A stretch of 61,889 nucleotides of DNA from a virus (taxonomy: Duplodnaviria > Caudoviricetes): IMG/VR virus record IMGVR_UViG_3300025110_000013, positions 1 through 61,889 of that record; one strand, given 5' to 3'. Below the pieces are notes generated by a model. It was not told the origin of the DNA and ran no database searches. It saw only the letters and a program-made list of their open reading frames with translations. The translations under genes were made by a program, and so were the position numbers. Shown here piece after piece: positions 1-7,690 of the stretch (positions within the stretch are counted from its first letter, which is position 1; each line of letters begins with the position of its first letter).

Positions 1-203
1 CGATACACTTTATGTTTACCCTCATGGATAATTATGTATCGTAGATTCGCATCGCTAATAGCTTCGATCATCTCCATACCGTACTTCTCATCGCGCCCAT
101 TGGTACACGCTGTCGGTATGTTCGGATCAACTTCTCTACTACCGATCATGTATATACCTGTCATTGGCAGATACATCGGCTCTCCCATCACCTTAACAAC
201 GGC
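1..203. repeat. Terminal direct repeat, left copy (circular overlap)
   Basis: 1-203 matches 61687-61889 except at pos 3 (A vs G) and pos 77 (T vs C). It lies inside a CDS. Confidence 0.97.
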
Positions 204-248
204 CTTGGTCAACCGCTGTTGTGGTGTTAGTTGGTCAAATAACCCCAT
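1..248 (-). CDS. 5' part of the metallopeptidase-VWA (DUF2201-like) gene, continuing across the circular junction into 61686-60561
   Basis: AGGAG SD then ATG at 248. MGLFDQLTPQQRLTKAVVKVMGEPMY... is in frame with ORF 60561..61877, giving a ~457 aa protein. Confidence 0.85.
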   Translation of the reverse strand, partial: MGLFDQLTPQQRLTKAVVKVMGEPMYLPMTGIYMIGSREVDPNIPTACTNGRDEKYGMEMIEAISDANLRYIIIHEGKHKVY

Positions 249-257
249 CGTGATCTC

Positions 258-530
258 CTATAGTTTCGTTACGTTGTTAGTAACTGTTATGGTGTACCCT
301 AATAACTTAAGGTCATCCACAACCGATTGAGTTAGCGTCGGTCTATTGCCCTTGGTAGTCCCTGCTATCCTTGCGAATATCTTGGACTTCTCGCAATCAG
401 GGCGTATGTGAGTACACCCAAATGCGTAGGTCAGTTGAACTTTAAGCTCCATCGCTTCCTTGAACTCCGTTTTCGTGTACTCTAACTCTTGAAAAGAATC
501 CATCTCATATCCTTGTGTATCTACACTCAT
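258..530 (-). CDS. Hypothetical protein (90 aa) between the AAA ATPase and VWA genes
   Basis: GAGG SD; packed tightly in the operon, and its stop overlaps the SD of the next gene. Confidence 0.7.
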   Translation of the reverse strand: MSVDTQGYEMDSFQELEYTKTEFKEAMELKVQLTYAFGCTHIRPDCEKSKIFARIAGTTKGNRPTLTQSVVDDLKLLGYTITVTNNVTKL

Positions 531-540
531 ATCTGACCTC

Positions 541-1656
541 CTATTTCTGATCCGCTGTTGTTAAGTAGCTGTTCTTGATACACCATTCAGTGAACTTCTT
601 ATTGGTCATCACCAAGTGGTGTTCGGGGTAGTCCTTACTGCACGCACTCTGGGCAAACATCGCCTGTGCCTCTGTATCTAGCCGATCCACATAAGTCATC
701 CACGAGTCAATCAACTCTCGTGTCATTGCCCCTAAGACCTTAAACACAACCATACAAACTGCCGGTGCGTCAGGGGGTACTTTCGCACCGTTAGGATCTG
801 TCTTGATATCCTCCAGTGAGGGTAGCTGATCCGCTAACTGTACAAAGGTATTCAGATCTGCCGCTGCCCTTGCACCGATGGCACCGATGAGTAAGGCAAA
901 GATCGTATCGCTATCCAGTGAGTCTTGTTTCATCAAGATGTCGGATGCCGCGTGTAAAGATCTTGGTGTACAGAACTTCGCTCGCTCTTCCCTTGGATGG
1001 AAGATGTAAGGGTTTTCCGATGGATCTTTAACATCCTCGAAAGACTGAAAGACTTGTGGGTACTCCTTAACAAACCCCAATACCGAGGGGTGTAACTTAT
1101 TAGGGACACCGAAATCAACGATCCATTCTTCCCACGTAGGCTTACGTACCTGTATAGATATAACCGCGTTACGTTTGTGCGCTTCCATCAAGTCACCCAC
1201 GTTCTCTGCACCAAGGTTAGTTGTACAGAACACGATGCTTTCGGGATGTAACTCGTACGTACCGATCTTTCTTTCAAGCATCACTCGACGCAATGCCGAT
1301 TGAACCGCTCGGTTACACTTACCGATCTCATCCAACATTAGGATGATAGGTTGGTTGATGTGCGCTCCCAACTCTTCGTTAGTCAGGTAACGTATGAACT
1401 GACCCTCACCATCGATCATCTGTACGTTCGGGATCATAATGTCCCCTAAGTCCTTAGTCGTACAGTCGAAGTAACATAGCTGGTGCTTGGGTAATCTCTT
1501 ACCTAATACGGGTAACAGTGAGGACTTACCAGTACCCATGTGACCTTCCAGTATAATTGTCCTACCTTGCGTATCTTCAGTGCTTGGCCCTATGTGCTCA
1601 ATGGCATCGGCGCATTGTCGGAACCCTAGTGCGTATTGTGCTTCGTATGATTGCAT
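541..1656 (-). CDS. MoxR-like AAA+ ATPase
   Basis: Walker A GHMGTGKS, Walker B ILMLDE, sensor CTTN, TPRS motif; next to a VWA gene. Confidence 0.88.
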   Translation of the reverse strand: MQSYEAQYALGFRQCADAIEHIGPSTEDTQGRTIILEGHMGTGKSSLLPVLGKRLPKHQLCYFDCTTKDLGDIMIPNVQMIDGEGQFIRYLTNEELGAHINQPIILMLDEIGKCNRAVQSALRRVMLERKIGTYELHPESIVFCTTNLGAENVGDLMEAHKRNAVISIQVRKPTWEEWIVDFGVPNKLHPSVLGFVKEYPQVFQSFEDVKDPSENPYIFHPREERAKFCTPRSLHAASDILMKQDSLDSDTIFALLIGAIGARAAADLNTFVQLADQLPSLEDIKTDPNGAKVPPDAPAVCMVVFKVLGAMTRELIDSWMTYVDRLDTEAQAMFAQSACSKDYPEHHLVMTNKKFTEWCIKNSYLTTADQK

Positions 1657-1674
1657 TTTATCGATCTCCTTTTA

Positions 1675-2655
1675 TTAAATGTCTAGTGATGGCAAAGAAT
1701 TAAGTACGTCATTCAGTGCCTGTTTTGTTTGTGTTCTTACACCTTCGTTATGCTTAAGCATATCCGCGTTGATCCCACGTTCGGTTATCGCTTCACGTAA
1801 CTTCTTATGGGCAACTTGCATATCCGCATTACCGTCGAAGTTGAATCGTTCAAGCACTTCTATCATGCGCTCTACGTGTTCAACCGCTGAGTTATGGAAC
1901 ACATTCCTATCGGGGTTGTTCTTATACCCACCCGAAAAGTCTAGGTCTTTGGCTAATTTACTTATGTGCTTAATCGCTTCTTCCCACACACCTTTCGTAA
2001 ACCTATCAAACCGCTCTCGCTGTTGAGTGTCTATGTAGTTGGTCGCTACATCCACACCCTCTTGGGCTATCCTAGTGATGAAGTTATCGTCAATCACATC
2101 TATCTCAAAGTCGATGTAGAACTTGGCTATCATCTCCTCCTTTGGCGGGTAGTCGTTCGGGTTGAACAACCCACCGCGCAACGCCTGATCTCTAATAACC
2201 GCATCATCGTAACCATTAGCGAATGGCCCATTGAGACACTCTAACTGCTGTTGTTTAAAACCACTTATTGTCTCGACGTACTCATTAAGGTCATTTGATG
2301 GGATCACATACCCACCCCGCTTTGACCAAGGATAAGCTAACCGATAGTGCGTGTTTCTAGCTTGGCCTTTATGGAACAACACTTTGTCCAACGGCTCGAA
2401 CCCTACCAATAATCTCTTAAGGTAGCTGTCGCTCTTAACCGAATTTGAGGTGACGTTATTAATGTCTTGGACTTGTGCCTTAGCCTTAAGGTCTTTTACT
2501 GTGAGTTTAGGTTCGCCACAATGTAGCTGTACCATTGCCATGCTCGATTGAATCGATGGCACGTAGGCATCAGGGATCTCGATGCTTTGGGGTTGGTGAA
2601 TATCCGAAAAGCTCGGATAGTTGTTTGCCGTATTTTCTTGTGTAATTACACTCAT
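1675..2655 (-). CDS. Conserved phage protein, DUF3150-like (often linked to AAA/VWA)
   Basis: 326 aa with an LFNPNDYP motif. Family recalled from motif and context, not searched. Confidence 0.55.
   Translation of the reverse strand: MSVITQENTANNYPSFSDIHQPQSIEIPDAYVPSIQSSMAMVQLHCGEPKLTVKDLKAKAQVQDINNVTSNSVKSDSYLKRLLVGFEPLDKVLFHKGQARNTHYRLAYPWSKRGGYVIPSNDLNEYVETISGFKQQQLECLNGPFANGYDDAVIRDQALRGGLFNPNDYPPKEEMIAKFYIDFEIDVIDDNFITRIAQEGVDVATNYIDTQQRERFDRFTKGVWEEAIKHISKLAKDLDFSGGYKNNPDRNVFHNSAVEHVERMIEVLERFNFDGNADMQVAHKKLREAITERGINADMLKHNEGVRTQTKQALNDVLNSLPSLDI
2639..2652. promoter_or_regulatory. Palindromic operator-like site TGTGTAATTACACA (copy 1 of 7)
   Basis: Near-identical copies at 2639, 3150, 3196, 3727, 4314, 5254 and 57460. 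Confidence 0.65.
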
Positions 2656-2864
2656 TCTTTATCTCCAGTTTGGTTTTCGTTTTGATCTTTCTCTAACTCG
2701 GCGTTGATTCGTATATCTGTTTCGGCATTGAAACGATTACGCTTTATGCGTTCATACTCCTCCATCATTGCCTCGTGTAGCCCTTTGTGCCTCTTGATAA
2801 AGGCAATCTCTTTTTCTGTCAGATTAACTGCTTCTTCAAACTCTTTTTCTATCTCGTCTGTCAT
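2652..2864 (-). CDS. Hypothetical protein (70 aa)
   Basis: ATGA overlap with the downstream gene; charged helical sequence. Confidence 0.7.
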   Translation of the reverse strand: MTDEIEKEFEEAVNLTEKEIAFIKRHKGLHEAMMEEYERIKRNRFNAETDIRINAELEKDQNENQTGDKE

Positions 2865-2874
2865 TCTCTATTTC

Positions 2875-3150
2875 CTATTTACCAATGTGTTGAATGTCAT
2901 CTTTCGGGATGACCTGATATGCGCCTTTGTTGTACGCGGGCGCGATTGTGTAACCGTCACTCTTAGGGTAAGACTTTACTGATGTAGCGTGAGCCTTGCC
3001 TTTGTGTGATGGATACGTGTCTACCCTGTATGCCGCGGGTAACTCTCGTCGAACCAGAGGCTTATCGTCTCTGACTCGGTAAGATCTTTTGGTGAGCCTA
3101 CGCTTCTTTCGACCTGATAAATCGCAGCTCATATTTCCGTGAATAATCAT
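2875..3150 (-). CDS. Small basic phage protein
   Basis: C-terminal TIAPAYNKGAYQVI motif of a kind seen in marine phage proteins; lies downstream of the promoter at 3265-3293. Confidence 0.7.
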   Translation of the reverse strand: MIIHGNMSCDLSGRKKRRLTKRSYRVRDDKPLVRRELPAAYRVDTYPSHKGKAHATSVKSYPKSDGYTIAPAYNKGAYQVIPKDDIQHIGK

Positions 3151-3264
3151 GTGTAACTACACCCCCTTAGTGCCGATACCGTGTCTTGTAATTCTTGTGT
3201 CATTACACAAATTCTCCGTAAGTTATTGTCGTGAGAGCCACATATATCTCCCATTCATATATCT

Positions 3265-3293
3265 ATTATACCATACGTGTCAAGTAGTGTCAT
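3265..3293 (-). promoter_or_regulatory. Sigma70-type promoter for the early operon
   Basis: Minus strand reads ATGACA-17 nt-TATAAT, with an extended -10 TG (TGgTATAAT). Confidence 0.75.
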
Positions 3294-3320
3294 ATGGTGT
3301 TAGGTAATTGTAAGTAGTGT

Positions 3321-3689
3321 AATGTTCTATAATGTTCCATATTGTTCTAACAGGTGGGCGGGTAAGTGCTTGATAAATAAGTAATGTTCTAATGTTCGCT
3401 AAATGAGCGAAATTATGAGGGGAGGAAAATGTGCGAGAAGGGGAGAGAACATTCGTATCTTTTTTAAAGATTGAAAATGTAACCTCACTTTCTTTCTAAA
3501 AACGAACATTATAAAAATATTATATAAATATATAAATATATAAATAAATAAGAATAATACTTACCATTACTTACCATTACTTACCACTTCTACAATGTTC
3601 TTTTTTGCCTAAAAAAAAACGAACATTACGGAACATTACCCCCCATTTAGCGAACATTGCCGCCACACGGGCGTTTCGGGGCGAACATT
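3321..3689. repeat. Iteron-like AATGTTC/GAACATT cluster with an AT-rich core; candidate replication origin
   Basis: AATGTTC at 3321, 3331, 3383, 3391, 3594; GAACATT at 3447, 3504, 3621, 3631, 3652, 3683; AT-only tract ~3510-3550; TTACCATTAC tandem ~3561-3586. Confidence 0.6.
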
Positions 3690-3693
3690 ACCC

Positions 3694-3859
3694 GCGACGC
3701 TACGCAGAGAACTGGTTTCAGTTTCTTGTGTAATTACATAAATTTCTTAGGGAGACGCGCCACGCTGTGCGTAAGACCTTATGCAGGGGGCGACGCTACG
3801 CAGAGAACTGGTTTCGGAGCGGTGGTGTGTGGGGCGGAGCAGCGTAGAGAACTGGTTTC
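3694..3859. repeat. 26-bp direct repeat GCGACGCTACGCAGAGAACTGGTTTC x2 plus a partial third copy
   Basis: Exact copies at 3694-3719 and 3790-3815; AGAGAACTGGTTTC at 3846-3859. Confidence 0.9.
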
Positions 3860-3879
3860 AAAGGGAGCCGAAGCTCCCT
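3858..3879 (-). terminator. Hairpin with UUCG tetraloop; probable intrinsic terminator
   Basis: Minus strand AGGGAGC-TTCG-GCTCCCT followed by a short T run, just after the stop of 3885..4094. Confidence 0.65.
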
Positions 3880-3884
3880 GTTGG

Positions 3885-4094
3885 TTAAACTTTCCAAGTG
3901 CCGTGATCTGTGATCACTTTGGTGGAGACCCCGAAATAATTTGCGATCTTCTTTCGTAGGTTGTTTAGCCGGTTGTTGTACATGAGAGATCTTGTTTCTG
4001 CTTTTTTCCTTAACTTGATCTGAACTTCTAATTGCTGCTTAAGTAAACTTATTCGTATCTCGTATGCTTCCCGATCTGACATTATGTCGTTCAT
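3885..4094 (-). CDS. Hypothetical coiled-coil protein
   Basis: AAGGA SD; 69 aa. Confidence 0.65.
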   Translation of the reverse strand: MNDIMSDREAYEIRISLLKQQLEVQIKLRKKAETRSLMYNNRLNNLRKKIANYFGVSTKVITDHGTWKV

Positions 4095-4139
4095 AGTAAT
4101 TCCTTAGTGTGGGAATGCTCACGGCACTCCCGATTTGAT

Positions 4140-4295
4140 TTAGATGATGTTGTTGTACCAAGCTAGAAATAATGCAAACGCCGCCCAAAAGGTAAATGCA
4201 ATTGAACATACAATTTTGATGTGTTGGTTCCTAAAGAAGATCCTATCCTCTTCTTTCAATCTCGCGTGCGCGATCTGTCTCTCTGTCTCTGTCAT
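4140..4295 (-). CDS. Small membrane protein (51 aa, not in ORF track)
   Basis: MTETERQIAHARLKEEDRIFFRNQHIKIVCSIAFTFWAAFALFLAWYNNII; AAGGA SD; C-terminal hydrophobic helix. Confidence 0.6.
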   Translation of the reverse strand: MTETERQIAHARLKEEDRIFFRNQHIKIVCSIAFTFWAAFALFLAWYNNII

Positions 4296-4325
4296 TTTGT
4301 ATCCTTAAAAATTTGTGTAATTACA

Positions 4326-4355
4326 TAAAAAAGCGGGGATGCTCACGGCACCCCC
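4326..4355 (-). terminator. Intrinsic terminator; its hairpin is duplicated at 4111-4131
   Basis: Minus strand GGGGTGC-CGTGA-GCATCCCC-GC-TTTTTT directly after the stop of 4363..5220. Confidence 0.7.
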
Positions 4356-4362
4356 ATTTGCT

Positions 4363-5220
4363 TTACTCGTCTTCTGACTCTACTTCGTCGTCTGACTCTA
4401 TGTCGTCAGGATCTGAGCCTTCTGAATCTGCCCATACTTCCTGAGATCCACCAGCTGCTAGGAATAGAAACCGGAGACATTCGCCCATCTCCATTTGGTC
4501 AGCCCCTTCGTCAGGATCTATCTCGAATAATTCATCTCTGAATTTCAAGATTGCTTCCTTCTGAGTTAGTGCCTCAACCTCTGTCTCTACAGCATCCGGC
4601 TTAGGTTTGAACGGCTTAAGGAAGTTATGAACCATGTAGTTGGCATCCTTCCTTATGGTCTGTACAGCCGTCTTCGCGTACTCGCCGTAGGTGTTACCGA
4701 TCTTAGCCGGTGTCATAGTGCGGCAAGCTTGAAACACCTTATCGAGATCAAGACCGGAATTGATCTTGACATCGGATTGCATTGCCATTCCCAACTGAAT
4801 GGGATAGATGAAATCAGATCGGCGTTTTTCGTGCTTATCGATTTCAGCCGGTGTCATCGTTGCCTTTTGATCTGACGACAATTTGGTTAGCGCAGCATAC
4901 ATTGCGTCGCCATCGATCACCTTGATCGGCGTACCTTCTTCGTCAGTATCTTCGTATGAGAATGTACCGCGAACGGCTTCTTTCCAATCTTCTGAGGATT
5001 GGTCGAGCTTGCCTTTATCCATTCCCATCTTAAGCGCAGCATCGAGTACTTCGTCTGTTAGGACATCGATATTGCTTGTTCTAGCTAACGCGCTAGAGAG
5101 TCGGTCATTTACAGTTGACAACTGTTCGTTTGATTGCACTGTGGCAGATCTCCCGTTAGTTAATGAAATGCCGGTGACGTTCTCGCCGCCGACACCTATA
5201 CAATAACATAACACCGCCAC
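4363..5220 (-). CDS. Hypothetical early protein with an acidic C-terminal tail (true start probably downstream)
   Basis: Long ORF ending in a D/E-rich tail; a GGGAG SD precedes an internal GTG. Confidence 0.7.
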   Translation of the reverse strand: MAVLCYCIGVGGENVTGISLTNGRSATVQSNEQLSTVNDRLSSALARTSNIDVLTDEVLDAALKMGMDKGKLDQSSEDWKEAVRGTFSYEDTDEEGTPIKVIDGDAMYAALTKLSSDQKATMTPAEIDKHEKRRSDFIYPIQLGMAMQSDVKINSGLDLDKVFQACRTMTPAKIGNTYGEYAKTAVQTIRKDANYMVHNFLKPFKPKPDAVETEVEALTQKEAILKFRDELFEIDPDEGADQMEMGECLRFLFLAAGGSQEVWADSEGSDPDDIESDDEVESEDE

Positions 5221-5486
5221 GTATCAAGAAATGGCATTAGATACCACCAAAAATGTGTATTTACACAAATTAAGACCCTACCCGTACCCCATGCACCCGA
5301 TACTGATCTGGGACTCCGCAATCTCCTAGTATTATTAATCTGTATGAATAAATCGGTATTTTCTGAGTTTCGACCCCCCACCCCCTCATATATAGGGAAC
5401 ACCCCCCTTTGGAGTCCCATAAGTAGTTGTAAAAAATTATTTTTGGTATATATTCGCGTTAACGGCTAACAACCTGCGACACATAT

Positions 5487-6155
5487 ATGAGTTTAACGAT
5501 AGTCCCAGAATTGGGAGTTCCGTTTTCTCCAGAAGAATCTTACATGGACTTAAAGGTTCGCGCAGAAGCCGCTTGTAATACCGCATTAGAATTGGCAGAG
5601 CACGGATTGGATATAGAACCAACCAAAGAAGACAAGGACGTAGCGGCTAAATTGGCACTAGCCTACGCCGACGACCCCGAAAAAACCTCCAAGAAGGCGT
5701 CCTCTAAGAAGATTTCAACGCTCACGCCCGCCTCACTTATCCTAACTAACCAGATATTGAAGGAATTTGGACAGTCTGTGGTGGACAGTGCAGCCCAGAT
5801 ACGCCATTTGGTGACAAATAAGTTACTAATTGAGTCAGAAAACGCTGATCCCCGCATACGCGTGCGTGCATTAGAGCTATTAGGCAAGATTTCAGACGTT
5901 GGGTTGTTCTCGGAGAAGTCGGAAGTGACCATAACCCACCAATCTACGGACGATTTACGCGAAAAACTACGTAGTAAGCTCGAAAAACTCGTTAATCCGA
6001 CCGAATATGTGGAGGATGCGGTGATTTTAGAGGGGGAAGCCATAGATGTAGACGAGGAATTGGGCCTTCCTGACGAAGAAGAGGAAGAATACGACGACGA
6101 TGGGGATGATGACGAAGAATATGACGATGATGCAGAATGTCCGAGCCAGCCTTAG
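5487..6155 (+). CDS. Probable terminase small subunit
   Basis: Directly upstream of and overlapping TerL; RVRALELLGK motif; acidic tail. Confidence 0.65.
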   Translation: MSLTIVPELGVPFSPEESYMDLKVRAEAACNTALELAEHGLDIEPTKEDKDVAAKLALAYADDPEKTSKKASSKKISTLTPASLILTNQILKEFGQSVVDSAAQIRHLVTNKLLIESENADPRIRVRALELLGKISDVGLFSEKSEVTITHQSTDDLREKLRSKLEKLVNPTEYVEDAVILEGEAIDVDEELGLPDEEEEEYDDDGDDDEEYDDDAECPSQP

Positions 6156-7690
6156 ACTTTACTGAGGAAGAAGTCCAGCAAATGTTGGACAATTTGGACA
6201 TTTATACGCCAGAAGAGGTCGCAGAGATCAATACGCTGGTGGATGAGCTTGCGTCACGCAGAAAAAACCAAGCAGCGTACGATGATTTGATTGAATTTTG
6301 CAAAAGAATGCAGTCGGATTTCATTGTAGGTAAACATCACAGGCTGTTGGCCGATATGCTCATGGATATTGAGCAGGGGCAGAAGGATAGAATCTGTGTC
6401 AACATCCCGCCACGGCACGGTAAGTCTAATTTAGTGTCAATTATGTACCCAGCGTGGTTTTTAGGGCGAAATCCCAATAAAAAGGTGATGATGGTGTCCC
6501 ATACCACGGATTTGGCGGTAGATTTTGGCCGTAAAGTCCGTAATTTGATCGCTACAGACGAATATAAAGAGATATTCCCCACGGTTAGCCTAGCAATAGA
6601 CTCTAAGTCAGCGGGTAGGTGGAATACGAACGTGGGTGGCGAATACTACGCCTGTGGTATTGGTTCATCCATCGCGGGTCGTGGTGCGGATCTGTTGTTG
6701 GTAGATGACCCTCACTCGGAACAGGACGTAATTAACGGGAATTTTGAGGTATTTGCGAAAGCTTACGATTGGTTCACGTTCGGTGCCCGTACTCGTCTGA
6801 TGCCCGGAGGTCGTGTAGCGATTATCCAGACCCGTTGGCATATGGACGACCTGACAGGGCGTGTGACTAAAGACATGACGAACAATGAGCGGGCCGATCA
6901 GTATGAGGTGGTGGAGTTTCCCGCTATATTGGACACGACAGATAAGGAGAGTGGGGAGTCTATACAGAAACCCCTGTGGCCGGAGTTTTTTGATCTGGAC
7001 GCGTTATTAAGAACAAAAGCGTCTATGCCGGTCTTTCAATGGAACGCCCAGTATCAGCAGGAGCCTACCGCAGAAGAGGCTGCGTTGGTGAAAAGAGAGT
7101 GGTGGCAGATATGGACTCCTGAAGATCCGCCTTCCTGTGAGTATTTAATTATGTCTCTGGATGCCGCAGCCGAGACTCATAACCGTGCAGACTATACGGC
7201 CCTCACTACGTGGGGGGTGTTTATGAATGAAGAGACCGATTCGTATAATATTATCTTGCTAAATAGTATAAAAAAGCGTATGGAGTTCCCTGAGTTAAAA
7301 GAGCTGGCGATGGATGAGTACGCTGGGTGGGAGCCGGACGCGTTTATTGTGGAGAAAAAGAGTGCGGGAACAGCCCTTTATCAAGAGATGAGGCGCATGG
7401 GATTGCCTGTACAAGAGTATACCCCTCACAGGGGGTCTGGTGATAAACTAGCGCGGCTAAACTCAGTAGCAGACATCGTAGCGTCTGGTATATGCTGGGT
7501 TCCTGAAACGAGGTGGGCTGAAGAGGTAATTGAAGAGATTGCAGGATTCCCGTTTATGAGCCATGATGACTTGGTTGACTCCACGGTTATGGCATTAATG
7601 CGCTTCAGGCAGGGCGGCTTTATTCGTCTGCCAAGTGATGAACCGGAAGAAACGGTCTACTTTAAACAACGTAGAGGCGGGTATTACTAA
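6137..7690 (+). CDS. terL: Terminase large subunit
   Basis: Walker A PPRHGKS, Walker B LLLVDDP, TRWHMDDL, and C-terminal nuclease motif HDDLVDS. Confidence 0.95.
   Translation: MSEPALDFTEEEVQQMLDNLDIYTPEEVAEINTLVDELASRRKNQAAYDDLIEFCKRMQSDFIVGKHHRLLADMLMDIEQGQKDRICVNIPPRHGKSNLVSIMYPAWFLGRNPNKKVMMVSHTTDLAVDFGRKVRNLIATDEYKEIFPTVSLAIDSKSAGRWNTNVGGEYYACGIGSSIAGRGADLLLVDDPHSEQDVINGNFEVFAKAYDWFTFGARTRLMPGGRVAIIQTRWHMDDLTGRVTKDMTNNERADQYEVVEFPAILDTTDKESGESIQKPLWPEFFDLDALLRTKASMPVFQWNAQYQQEPTAEEAALVKREWWQIWTPEDPPSCEYLIMSLDAAAETHNRADYTALTTWGVFMNEETDSYNIILLNSIKKRMEFPELKELAMDEYAGWEPDAFIVEKKSAGTALYQEMRRMGLPVQEYTPHRGSGDKLARLNSVADIVASGICWVPETRWAEEVIEEIAGFPFMSHDDLVDSTVMALMRFRQGGFIRLPSDEPEETVYFKQRRGGYY

Noticed and set aside
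5270-5480. C-run-rich divergent intergenic region as the pac site or genome end
   Set aside because: Plausible from its position before the terminase genes, but nothing in the sequence alone supports a specific site.
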